From: Chrysomallon squamiferum
Taxonomy: Eukaryota; Animalia; Mollusca
Length of the DNA stretch: 64,000 nt
Direction of reading: 5' to 3'
Assembly (NCBI GenBank): GCA_012295275.1
Contig: CM022669.1
Location: forward strand, 14,446,001-14,510,000
How positions within the stretch are numbered: the stretch's first letter is position 1; the number at the start of each line of letters is the position of its first letter. Shown piece after piece: positions 11,525 through 25,725 of this stretch. The translations under genes were made by a program, and so were the position numbers. Below the pieces are notes generated by a model that was not told the DNA's origin, did no database searches, and saw only the letters and a list, made by a program, of their open reading frames with translations.

Positions 11525-14500
11525 AATCCTTGAAATTAAATGTTATTAAGCAGGACAAGGAGACCTGTAAGAGCTCTCTTGATAGACCTGCCGCTGAAAT
11601 CTGTGTGAGAGAATTGATTTCCTTCAGCTCAAAGGATCTCTGACAAATAAAAGCAGCACTGTTCTGCAACCTGCTTCTCGAACATCACAATGAAAATCAG
11701 AGAAACAACAAAAGCTGTGGCCATGTTTCCGCACAGTGTTATCAATGCAAGACCTTGTTTATTTCACTCCCAGGAGACCCCTGGGTTCATTAATCAATTA
11801 GGCAGACCAATAACATTATTTTATATCAAGTGAAGTCAGCTACATCAGAAGCAGCCAATGTGGAGATGTATCCACTGTGCATGACAGTTTCCATCAAACG
11901 TTGTCATTGTCATTCCTGAGTCATGTTTGATGCTTTGATTTGTTACTCTGATTGATCTCTAAATGAAATTACAATGACATTTAATTTAGATTATTGACGT
12001 AATCATAATAAATAAATTTGTGATCTCATTCAGGAATGAATAATATCTCATTATCTTAGTCTCTGTTGAGGTTTTTTTTTTTTTTTTTTTGGGTTAATCC
12101 TGCTAACCCATAAAGATCTCTCTATCCATTTGGCTGATCATATGTAGATTTAGCATTTGATTTAACTACTGAACTATTTCTTAATATCTGTCTGACTAAA
12201 TCTTGAATGATGGAGCATAAAATGTTTAGATTTATATCTGTGTTCATTTGTCTGGAGTTCTGTAGATTTGGTCTTTCCTTAAAGATTGTCTTGTGTTTGA
12301 CTTCCCAGTTTGTTCAGATAAAAGATAGCAGTGAAAAATTTAGATTTTCTTTAAATAAAAGTAGACTTAATTTCTTCTTTAAATATTTACATCAAACTGC
12401 CTAATTCATCGATATAAAATATATCTCTGTGCCTTTGATTTTGAGGGTATTTTTAAGCATTTTGAATATAATTCTTCTTCCTGATATAGTGTATCATATA
12501 TGTATGATGGTTTTAAATTTATTTTTCCATTTGAAAACAAAAATATGTAGACCAACAGTTGAAGCCAAAAGTACAGGACCATCTGAATAATTTCAATTAA
12601 AATAAAAACAACAACCAAGAACTATTCCCTGGACAGTTCTTCTTATTCAACAACATGTACAAATATTACTTGATATGTGGGGTAAAAAACAAAACAAAAG
12701 GACTTGAGCATTAAAATTCTGGTTGTAGGAGGAAATAACTCAATAATACATTTTTTTTATTAGCCTTTGTGTAGCTAATAAAAAAAATGTATTATTGAGT
12801 TATTTCCTCTTACAACCAGTGTTTCTCAACTAACCATGGGAAATGTATAATATGTCAGGTTTTTTTTTTGTTGTTTTTTGTTTTTTTCTTCTTCTCACTT
12901 TGTATATTTGAATCTAAAAGGCCCTTTGCTCTTTTTATTAGAAAGAAAACAGAGCATCTTTCTTTTTCTTCTGAAGACAACAGAGTCAATAATATAAAAA
13001 TTAAACAGACTATGTTCATTCATAACAAAAATAGAACCGTTGAAATGAAACCAGGGATTCTCACTTATATTCTGAAGAGACAGTTTGGTCAGGTCTCAGT
13101 ATTACTTGGTGACAGTTCACAGTTTTTTTGTCACTTATCAAGTAAATTACCTTTGTTGTGTTTTTTAGGCAGATCTGTTTCTACTGTCCACCAGTGAACC
13201 TAACAGCTTGTGTTACATTGAAACAGCTGAACTGGATGGGTAAGTGATTTTTAACAGACTACCAGCATGTTAGATTATATATTACTTAATCTGTAAAATC
13301 TTAAAATGTTTTAGCAAGGCTGGAGTTAAATTGTAAACTTTGTTTTAATTTATTTTGTTTAAATTTAATTATTAAGAAATGATTTCTATGTATAATAATA
13401 ATAATAATAATAATAATTTATTTTAATTACATTTATTTCCTTGTATATGATATTTCTTTTCAATTTTCTTTTTTAGTTAATATTTTTTATATTTTTAATT
13501 GCATTGCCAGTGAAACCAACTTGAAAGTAAAACAAGCAATACCAGAAACAGCCAAAATGGGAGACAACCATGAAGAAATGAGTTTGTTTAATGGTATACT
13601 CGCAATTTAATACCTTTCAGCTGTCTTCATTTTAAAAAAGTGGAAGTGATGATTTTAAAATTGTTTTGCAAAACAGAATCATTTAGTCTAAACATGATTC
13701 TGATTATAATGAAAACCTTGCATTCAGAAATTACTCTAAGAATCATTTCATTATTACCATGTTAAGAAATTCATAAATGTATATATTTAGTAATGTCAGA
13801 TGTTTCTGAAAGAGTAATATTAAGTAATAACAAGTTACATTTTATGCTTTGGTGTAAAATATGTGACCTTATGTATTCATGTGTCTGTGTGTGTGTGATC
13901 CTGGTATGTCTGTATGTTTTATATTTTACATGGATCAATCAATGCACATGTACAACTGAGTTGGTTTATGAATTTGTGTGTTTGTATGCGTGAGAAACTA
14001 TTATTAACGTTACATATTTTGTATTAACTGAACACTTAATTAAACGTAACGGTATTTCACATTACAGCTGAGATCGTCTGCGAAGCCCCCAACAACAGAC
14101 TGAACAAGTTTGAAGGGAAAATGACGTGGCGAGGCAAGACATACGCAATCGACAACGACAAGATTCTTCTCCGTGGCTGCGTGCTGCGCAACACGCAGTG
14201 GTGTTACGGTCTCGTGATATTCGCCGGGCTCGACACCAAGCTGATGATGAACAGCGGGAAAACCACTTTCAAACGCACACACATTGATCGCCTTATGAAC
14301 CTTCTGATCATTGGGGTTAGTCTTTTTTATATATATATATAACTTTATATATTTTTCTTTTTGTTTCAGAGTTAATCTTTTGTCGATAATGTGATCCATT
14401 TTGATTATGATTTTAATTTTTTTTTTTTTTTCCAGTTTATTAAATAACAGTGTTACAGTATTATAGAAAATAAAGTATGTAATCGTTTTTTAAGATGCTA

Positions 14501-15284
14501 AAGAGATTTTTCATATATTTTTTTTTTTTTTTTTTTTTTTTTACATTTTATGGTAATTCAATAATAGTAATAAACATCACTGGATTGTTAAAACTCATGT
14601 CAACTAGTATATGTTAATTTTCCGTTGATACACTTAACATCATACCATCATGTTAGCATCAGAAATGTTTTGATACAATTTATAAATACCACATTTAACA
14701 TTTATTTTTTTTTTTCTTCACGATTTTCAGATTTTTCTCTTTCTTCTAAGTATGTGCCTAATCTGTACCATAGCCTGTGGTATATGGGAGTCGTACACTG
14801 GCAGTAACTTTCAGATTTACCTTCCTTGGGAGGACTTTCTGAATCAGGACACAGAAAGAGGTTCAGCAACCATTGCTGCGCTTGTGTTTCTGTCCTACAT
14901 CATCATTCTGAACACTGTTGTGCCTATATCACTCTATGTGAGGTGAGCACATTCAAAGCTTTGCCACAATGTGATATTTCCACATTCTGTACTTTGTCAT
15001 TATGTGAGGTTAGCCTTGTCGCATAGCACGAAGTGAAGATATAATTAGAGTTTTCTGATATTTTTCATTTTCTGGAATCTCGATAATTGGTCTGATATCT
15101 GTAAAAATAATTGTCATCTTAATTCTTCCTGAATTCTCTTTTGTCTCTCTTTCATTGTTTAAAATATTATTATTATTATTATTATTAATTTATTTTTTGG
15201 GGTTTGTTCAGAACTATTTGCTGTCAACCACATGACAAATACAGTTAATTAAATATTTCCCATTTTAACAAATTATTATTAATA

Positions 15285-15343
<59 letters not shown>

Positions 15344-18167
15344 CGTACTTTCAGGTTTCTATATTACAATATTTATTTACTGTTTTCAGTGTTGAAATAA
15401 TCCGTCTCGTGAACAGTTACTGGATCAACTGGGATGTCAAGATGTACTATGAGAAGAAAGACATGCCAGCCAAAGCTAGGACAACTACACTGAATGAAGA
15501 GCTTGGACAAATAGAGTACATCTTCTCTGACAAAACAGGAACACTGACTCAGGTAAAACACAATTACTACTGTACACACCTGTAGGTAGTTATGCAAACA
15601 GGTATCATTTATTAAAACACCTGTAATCAACATGTTGATAATAAAATGTAATGTCAGACACATAAAGACCTATCAAGGTATATTTATTATGTTGAATGGA
15701 GATCTTTTAACATGAAATAGCGATTTAAATCTATAGATGGATTTCGTTTTTTAATTTAAATTTAATGCAGATGTGGGTTTTTTGTGATTATTTAAACATA
15801 GCTGTGTTTGTTTATTTAAACATAATATATATTGTTTTGTGTTAGTTTACACATAATATAGCTAATTTATAAATTTATTTAAATATATAGCTGTAATAGG
15901 TTTGGTATTAATTTAACAAAGCATAGCTAATATTTCAGTAATTATTTAAACATAAATCTGGTTGGGGTGCTGTTGATTTATTATAACAATTAGTGTAGTT
16001 ATATTGGTTTGTGTTTATACAAACAGAACTAAATTTCTTCTGTTTAAACATAATACATCAATTTGTAAATATAATGCTTTTATTTGGGTATATTTATTTA
16101 CAGTTTTTGTAACATCAGAAACACAGACATTCTGTATTTAAATTTCAGGATTTAAATTTCTCAGTGTCAGTGAAAATCTTTTCAGTGCGCATTTGAACTG
16201 TAGTAAAATCATGTTGCAAACAGGCATGAAATCTGTGTAACATGTGCTATTTACACACTTTATTGAATGCCTTGTTAGACAATATAGCATTTGAATATTA
16301 ATCTCTATTGGTTATTTTGTCTTCCTTTGTAATTTACCATGAGTGTGTGTGGGGGTGGGAGTGGGAGTGGGAGTGGGGGTGTGTGTGGGTGTGGGTGTGT
16401 GTGTGGGTGGGTGTGTGTGGGTGTGTGGGTGGGTGTGTGTGTGTGTGAGATAATGAGTGAGATAGCAGGAAAGAGAATTTTTAGAAGTAAAATGAACAGT
16501 GGGTTTATGTAAGAAATGTGTTAATGTTTGTGTGTATAGCTGTGCATGTATATGCATGTATATGTATGTATATAATTTATATAATATGAAGATCTTGTTA
16601 TCTTTGATCATAGTAAAGGAAGCCAAACTTGTCAACAGCTGCAGGCATAACTATCCATTAAACCTTTTAAATAAGAAAGTAAAAAATTAAGATTTATTAC
16701 CTTTGCCTTGACCTACTTTTTGTAACACATTTGTGGGTGCCAGATATCTGTGCTTTTTATGTGAAAAGATTAATATAATTTTAACAAAATATGAATGATC
16801 AGAAATATAAAAACAATAATAATAATTACAGCAGCAACAGCAGCAGTAGTAGTAGTAGTAGTAGTAGTAGCGTTACAGTAGTAGTAGTAGTAGTTTCTTA
16901 AGGCATTAGTAATAATATTTTTTTATTTATTATCACTACTACTATTACTTATTCCACTACTACAGCAACTACTACTGATACTACTGCCACCACCTTGCAT
17001 TAACAACCACTATTACTAGTTCTGATTAGTACCAATACTGCTATCTGTGCTTTTATCAGAATCTGTTAAGATTTAATAACTGAACCAATACTTATTGTCA
17101 TGTCACTTTTTTATAATAAATATAATATTAAAATTTATTTCAGAAATATCTTTTTATCCTTTTATTTTATTTTTTTTTTTTTTTAGCTTTTATTGACTAT
17201 TACCTAGATCACTATAAATTGCTTCTCACAAATAAGAAAGCACTTTTCTTGTCATAGATAAAATACTTTGTGTAGTACTGTTGGAACTGGAAATAACAAA
17301 AACGGACTGAATTGTGTGTGTGTGTGTGTGTGTCTGTGTCTGTTATTATTAATTTTAATCCTCTGGCTTGCAGACATACACATTATAAAACAAATCTTAT
17401 AAGAAATCATGATACTGGAACTTGCTCATGTTGTTTTCAGAATATAATGACATTCAACAAAGCATCTGTAGGTGGTAAAGCCTATGGGGATCCAGTTGAT
17501 GAGGACGGCAATATTCTTGACTTCAGAGTGAGTAAACTTGTACTAAGACATTATTATTATCATTATTATTATTATTATTATTATTATGACAATCTCTGTT
17601 AATGGATTAAGGATTGATTAATTTATATTTTATAAACTGTTTTCATTCTATTGTTGAATGGGGTTTTTTTTTTCATTATTTCTTTCTCTTGATGTATTTA
17701 TTTGTTGTTTTTATTTATGCATTTTAATTTTTTTTTTTATATTTATGTATTCATTGTTATATTTTTTTTTTTTTTTTTGTAATAATCCTTTTATTACTAG
17801 ATATACTGATTAATGTAATGTTTTAATGAAAAAAAATGTTTGTGGGTAGTAATTTTATATATTACAAATAATATAAATATAACTTTTATTATTTATTTTT
17901 TCATATAGATAATAGAGTTGTAGTGATTTTGTTGTAAAGATTATGACAAAAATAGATGAATCTTAGACATAATCAATAAGTCTTTTTAGAAGTGGATAAT
18001 TGAATTTTATTTATCATGAAAAATAAAGAACCAGTGAAAAGAGATTTTTTTTTTTTAAGTACACAAACTTACATTTTTGTTATATTTTAATTTTCAGTAC
18101 TGATAATAAATTCAGAATTTAAAAAAATAATTTAAGTTTAATTTTTTATAAAGACTGAAAATGTAAA

Positions 18168-18258
<91 letters not shown>

Positions 18259-18917
18259 GTTTTGTCCATTACTGGATACAAAATTACTACAGTAAAAAAA
18301 GAAATAATAATTATATAAATAAATAAAATTAAAATAATTTTCTTTTTTTTTTCTCTCTATATATAAAACTATCAATTATCAATCTTGTCAACTTATTTAT
18401 TATTTAACACATTATGAAAATGTGAGATCTCTTTTCTTTTCACAGTGCATGTCGAACATAGATTTTTCTGTCAACAATCCTTACAGTGAAGACACTTTTA
18501 TGTTCTATGACCCCAGACTGCTTACTGAGGTGAATGCAGGAAACCCAGATGCAAAAAGGTTTTTTAAAATTCTTGCCCTCTGTCATACTGTTATGCCAGA
18601 GAAAAAAGAAAATGGTAAGTAATTAATTTATGTATGTTTTATATTAAAGTGTTTCATTTTTTGTGTGATAAAACTATATAAAATAATTTTTTAAATAAAG
18701 TTTATCATTGGTTAAATGATAATTGTAGTTCTAATTAAGTATAACTTTTCACAGGTATAATTTTCCTCTTTTTTATATTTTTTCTTTAATTTTTTATTAG
18801 AAACAAAGTAATATAGATATTTGTATCATATAATTAAGAAATATAGATTAAATTTAGTATTGAATATAGATAGATAGATAGAGAGCATGATTTCCAGATA
18901 GATAATAGATAGACAGA

Positions 18918-18951
<34 letters not shown>

Positions 18952-20510
18952 TAGATAGATAGATAGATAGATAAATCAACAAAGAAAGACACAACATATA
19001 TAGACTAGTCAGTATTTAAACTTCAATATAAAAGATAAACATACCTTGAAAGAAGCTTTATTTAAACTGGCTTAAAAGAAACAGGTGAAATAATTTTTGG
19101 TGGATGTGGAAAATAAGTTTTTAATGTTTGTGTAAATAAAAATAAGTTTATAATGTTTGTTGTTGTTGTTTTCACAGGTAAGTTAGAGTACCAGGCTCAG
19201 TCACCTGATGAAGGGGCTCTTGTGTCAGCAGCTAGAAATTTCGGATTTGTTTTCAAGGTAACTTTTTTTTATTTTAAAACTTTAAAAAATACATATTTAC
19301 AACAACAACCAAAAAAATTAAATAATATATATATATATAAAAATGAAAAAATAAAAATAAAAAATAACATAAATAATAAAAATAAAAATTAAATATAGTT
19401 TCAAAATCGAGATAATAGTTCATCTTAAAAACAAAATAATGTTTTAAAATGTTTTAATAATTTATTGAATCACCATTCTTAGAAATTACCTGTGTGTAAA
19501 ACAGTTAATATTCACAACACTGAAAGCAACTTACATATATAATCTATAAATATCAGTTTACAAATTTTATATTTTTATTATTTATAATTTTTTTTTAAAT
19601 TTATTTATTGCTAATCCATTATTTTATTCATTTATATAAGAGAATTTTATTCTTTTAATATTGATTTATACTTTTTCAATACATTTCTGGCTTAATTATT
19701 ATATTTCGTTATTAATATTTAATTTCTTTATTAATGAAAAAGAATACTGATATATTTTTTCAGTAATAACAGAAATATGTTTCATTTTATTTATCCTTTT
19801 ATTTACTTATTTGTTTTTTTTTGTTTTAAATTTAAATTTTTTTTTTTTTTTTTTTTTAATGTTGCTGTAAATTAGTTTAAGTTACAATATTATTTTATTT
19901 CAGTCTCGAACTCCAGACACTATAACAATTGAAAGTAGAGGCAAAGAGAAAGTGTACGATGTTTTGTGCATTCTTGATTTTAACAATGTCCGTAAGCGTA
20001 TGTCTGTAAGTATTTTTTTATTTAATACATTACTTAGTTGTATAGGGATCATATTTCTAACTGATTTCAAAACATAGATGGTTGGTTCATGAATGTATGA
20101 AGTCTTGTTCAGTAAAGTTTATTGAAATTTTCAATAAAATAAAAATACATAACAGTCGAAAGGATGAAATATTAAATTTATTTTCTTGTTAATGGAACTT
20201 TAAAATAACAAAAAGATAATCACCAGACTTTTCTTATGTATTGTAGGGTGGTTGTTTTTTTTTTTTTTTTTTTAAATCTTTCATTTTTAAACAAAATTTT
20301 TAGTTATTATTATTATTTTTATATTTTTTATTTTATTATGTTATTAGGTTTTTTCTTTCTATATATAAAAATGTTATTTTAATATTTTTTTAAATTATTT
20401 TTTATGTTATATTGTTGATATTTTGGTCAGAAATAGGTTTTTATTATTAATTTGTTTCCTATATCATTTTTTTTTTTTTTTTTTTTTTTTTTAATGTTGT
20501 TGTTGAATTT

Positions 20511-20608
<98 letters not shown>

Positions 20609-23600
20609 TTTTATAAATAATTAAATTTAAAATGAATCAACAGGTGATAGTGAGAAGGAAAAACAAAATCAGATTATACTGCAAGGGAGCCGACTCTGTT
20701 ATCTTTGAACGTTTGGATCCCAGCTGTAATGAACTGGAAGAACTCACCATGCATCATTTGAATGTATGTGTGTCGGCTGTATTTTCTACATTTTGTAATT
20801 TTAGTGTTTTAGGTTTGATTTGTACTGTCACTAAACTGTAGCCGAATTCTTTATGTGCTTTAAAAATATTTATAAGTTCAGTCTGTTTTGATAAAGAAAG
20901 AATTGCTAAAGGTTATTGAATAATTCATGAAAATAATTACACTATGAAGTATAATTTTGAAAAGTTATTAAACTTTGAATTTTATTAATGTTCTTTACCA
21001 TTATAACATAATTACCTGGATGTGTGTGTATATATATATATATATATATGTGCTGTTGAGTTTTTATTATACAAATAAATAAGATCACTAATAAAATTAA
21101 AAGTTTAATAACTTTTCAAAATTATACTTTATAACGTAATTATTTTGATGAATTAGTCAATAACTTTTTGCAATTCTTTCTTATCAATATGGACTGAATT
21201 TATATATAAATATAATGTGTATGTCTACAAGCCAGAGGATTAAAATTAATAATAACACACACAGACACACACACACACACAATTCAGTCTGTTTTGTTAT
21301 TTCCAATTCCAACAGTACTGCACAAAGTATTTTATCTATGACAAGAAAAGTGCTTTCTTATTTGTGAGAAGCAATTTATAGTGATCTAGGTAATAGTCAA
21401 TAAAAGCTAAAAAAAAAAAAAAAAAAAAAAAAAAATAAGGATAAAAAGATATTTCTGAAATAAATTTTAATGTTATATTTATTATAAAAAAGTATATATA
21501 TATTTGTGTGTGTGTGTGTGTGTGTCATAAATGTTTGATTTGTATCTACCATTACAACATAATTACCTGGATGTGTATTTTTGATTTTTAGGAGTTCGCA
21601 CAAGAAGGTCTCAGAACATTGTGCCTTGCCTATAAAGACATTAAACCAGCTGAATTTGAGACATGGAAAATGAAACATCATCTAGCTAGGTTAGTGGTGG
21701 GGTTTTTGCAAAATACTGGCCTGACTGCATTTCTTAGCAAAACAGTTTCTTAATTTTATTCATCAATAGTCAAATTCTTAATTTTATTTATCAAATGTAA
21801 GAGTCTTAGTTTTTTTATTCATCAGTTGTCAAATTCTTAATTTTATTTATCAGAAAACAACAGCGGATTGTCATACTTATTTACCACAGTTAGTGATAGG
21901 GATCATTTAACATTAACAGTTTCCTGCATTTTTATTATTTCTCTGAATATCTGAGATTATATTTTTTCTAGCAAATAAATAAAAATATGTCGACAAGTTT
22001 TTTTTACATTTTTATTATTTTTATTATTTTCTATTATGCAGTCAGTGTTTTTCAATATTTTCATAAATATTCTGAAATATTTTTAGCATTACCAAGATAA
22101 ACAACATAATAAATCTGTTACTTTCTAACACTGAATCAGTGGGGCTTCAGATTTGTTATGAATATTTTGAAATATTTTTAGCATTAACCTGCATGTCCAA
22201 CGATAACTCTAAACATTTTTTTATTAATTTCTGTAAATGCAGTAAACTGTCAGTGGATTTATAAGTATTTTTAGGAATATTTCTATGTGTTTTAGTATTA
22301 CTCTGGAAAACCGTGATGATCAGTTGGATACTTTGTATGAAGAGATAGAGAAAAACCTTATTCTGGTTGGAGCCACTGCAATAGAGGACAGACTTCAAGA
22401 TGGCGTTCCAGAAACTATTGCTAATCTGTCACTGGCTGGAATCAAGATTTGGGTGTTAACCGGTGATAAACAAGGTTAATACTGCATTTTAAAGACACAT
22501 CCAAAATCTACAATAGTATATTTAAAATGTGACTTTATCCTTAATTCATTGCTGTGTTCTTGAATTATATCCTGCTTGTAATTATTTTTAATATTATCCC
22601 ATTCTTTAATTATCTTTATCATTATTTTACATCTTAGTTATCTTGAATAATAATGTACCTTGTGACCTTGTTTTTAGTTATTGCTATCTTTCTGAATCTA
22701 GTTATTTTGAATTTCATCTTCTCTGTATTTATCTTGACTATTATCTCACCTATATTATCTTGAATTTTAACCTGTCTGTAACTGTAATCATCTTGAATTT
22801 CTTCCTATCTGTATTTATCTTGAATTTGTATTTTACCTGTTTTTATATATCGTGAATAGTGTTTATCTTATATGCATCTTAGTCATTTTTTAAATATTAT
22901 AAAAGTTAAAAGTGACAAAGATGTAGTTTTTCCTTTTATCTTCTTATTTATAAGTGTGTGTGTGTCTGTTTGTGTGTGTGTGTGTGTGCATCAATTATTC
23001 CTGCTCATTGCTAACAGTAATGAAATTTTATTGTATAGGAACTGCTGGTTACTACTAATAATGAAATTTTATTGAATAGGAACTGCTGGTTACTACTAAC
23101 AATGAAATTTTATTGAATAGGAACTGCTGGTTACTTCTAATGATGAAATGTTATTGTATAGAAACTGCTGGTTACTTCTAATGATGAAATTGTATTGTAT
23201 AGGAACTGCTGGTTACTACTAATAATGAAATTTTATTGAATAGGAACTGCTGGTTACTACTAATAATGAAATGTTATTGTATAGAAACTGCTGGTTACTT
23301 CTAATGATGAAATGTTATTGTATAGAAACTGCTGGTTACTACTACTAATGATGAAATTGTGTTAATACAGAAACTGCTATCAACATCGGCTACTCCTGCC
23401 GACTGCTAACTGAGGACATTGAGGAGTTGTTTATCATTGATGCTGAAACAATGGAGGATGTTGAAGAACAGCTGGTGTCTGCTCTAAAACTAGTAGAGAA
23501 CTACAAAAGCAGCAACTCAGACAGTAATGTTATGTGCAATGGTGACGCTCATTTTAATTCTGCGGACGGTGTTACTGTTAGCTGTGAAGAAAATCCGGAG

Positions 23601-25681
23601 TATGCCCTTGTTGTCAATGGTCATAGTCTGGTGAGTGTTGACAAATATTTTTATTTGTATAATAGTGTTCATTTTTCTGGTTTTTAATAATTATTATTTT
23701 TTTTTTTTTTTTCTTTTTTTTTTTTTTTTTGTAACTCATTTGTTATTTTTACTTGTGTGATAGTGATAAGTTTTTGATTTATTTATTTTTCTATTTTCTA
23801 TTTTTGTAGAACTCGTATGTTATTTTTTTATATATAATACTAAAGTGATTTTTTGGATTTTTTTATTATTATTAATTTTTTTATTTGTATAATTGTATTA
23901 TTTTTTGTTTCTGTTTATTTTTTCTTTATAACTCATTTCTTATTTTTATTTGAATAACTGTTATTATTTATTTTTTATGTTTATATTTTCTTTGCAATTC
24001 TTTTATTTTTACTTGTATAATGGTGTTATTTTTATTTATTTCTGTTTATTTGTTTGATAACTCATTTGTTATTTTCATTTCTATAATACTTTTTTATAAA
24101 ATATTTAATGTTTGACCTTTTAATCAAAAAAATCATTTTATTAGTAAATCATATTTTCAAATGAATATAAGTAATTTTTAAAATCATAAATATTGAAATT
24201 TTATTCAATGCATTTTAAAATTCTAATGAATCTGTTGCATTTTTGAATGAAAGAAAAAAGTGACTTGAACAAATAATTAATATATATATATGTGTATTTT
24301 TTAACAGGCGTATGCTCTGAAGCCCGAATTGGAAGGTTTGCTTGTTCAGCTAGGGACAGTTTGCAGGTCTGTGATCTGTTGCCGGGTAACGCCACTGCAG
24401 AAGGCTCTTGTTGTCAACATCATCAAGAAACACAAGAAATCCATCACATTAGCAATAGGAGACGGTGCCAATGATGTCAGCATGATTAAAGGTATATCAC
24501 AGTTTTTTTTTTTTTTATTTATTATTATTTTTTTTTTCCTTGATGAAGTTTTCTCAGTGGAGTATCAATAATTCTTAATTCTGATCACTTTACACCAATT
24601 TAGTCATGTATATAGATCTCTTGCACTGATAATTTTATATTTTCTCCACTGGCCTATTTCCCGTTCCTGCATGAGCTGCAAGACTTTCAATATGCTTTCC
24701 TACCCATGGGAAAGCTACACATAAAATATTTCTTTTTTTTTACTGTAAATGAGAAATGAAGGTAGTTTCTACTAAAGACATTATTTCATTCATTTTGATG
24801 AAACAGGCAACAGAGAAAATTTTATTCATTGGCTAATATTACACATTATAAATATCTGTTACTTCACAAACTTGGAGCATGTATCTCGTATTATTTCCCA
24901 CTTTAACTGCTGTGAAATTAAGATGCAAAATGGAATAAATCGGACAAATATGCAACTGATATATAACTACAGTAATTTTAATAAATGATTTTTTTTTTTT
25001 TTTTTTTACCAGTCATGCATATAACATGGGTAGTCATTTTTATAAATTAAAAATGTGTGTGTTTGTTATTTCAGCGGCGCACATTGGGGTGGGTATCAGT
25101 GGGCAGGAGGGTATGCAGGCTGTCCTGGCCAGCGACTACGCACTTGCACAGTTCCGATACCTCGAACGTCTTCTTCTTGTCCACGGCAGGTGGTCTTATT
25201 TCAGAATGTGCAAATTTTTGAGATACTTTTTCTACAAGAATTTCGCTTTTACCTTGTGCCATTTTTGGTATGCCTTTTTCTGTGGATTTTCTGCCCAGGT
25301 AAGATGTATTTCTTTTTTAATTAAAAAAAAAAAATGACTGTGAATAAAATGAACATGTTGTATATGATTGTAGTGTGGCAGATTTTGTTTTTTGTTATTG
25401 TTATTGCTGCTGCTGCAGTAAGTATGGTTATTATTACGTGTTAATTAATTTATAATACAGAATAAATTATTGCTAGAAAGTGATGTAAGCCAAATGTGTT
25501 TATGTATTGTATTTTTTTTTTTTTTTCTTTTTTTTTTTTTTCTTATACAAGAAATTTTAAAGTTCATTATATTTCTGTTGCAGCCTTTGTTTGATCCAGA
25601 TTTGTTTTTTATTTTGTACAAAATTTAAATAAAAGTATATTTTATTATTATTAAGATTATTGATTATTATTATTATTTATA

Positions 25682-25725
<44 letters not shown>

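Noticed and set aside
14943-15010. Second TATGTGAG|GT donor-like copy 66 nt after the PISL exon
   Set aside because: The extension contains an immediate in-frame TGA; no evidence of use.
23039-23370. Regular repeat array considered as CRISPR-like
   Set aside because: Eukaryotic intron, head-to-tail units with no unique spacers, no cas genes; it is a minisatellite.
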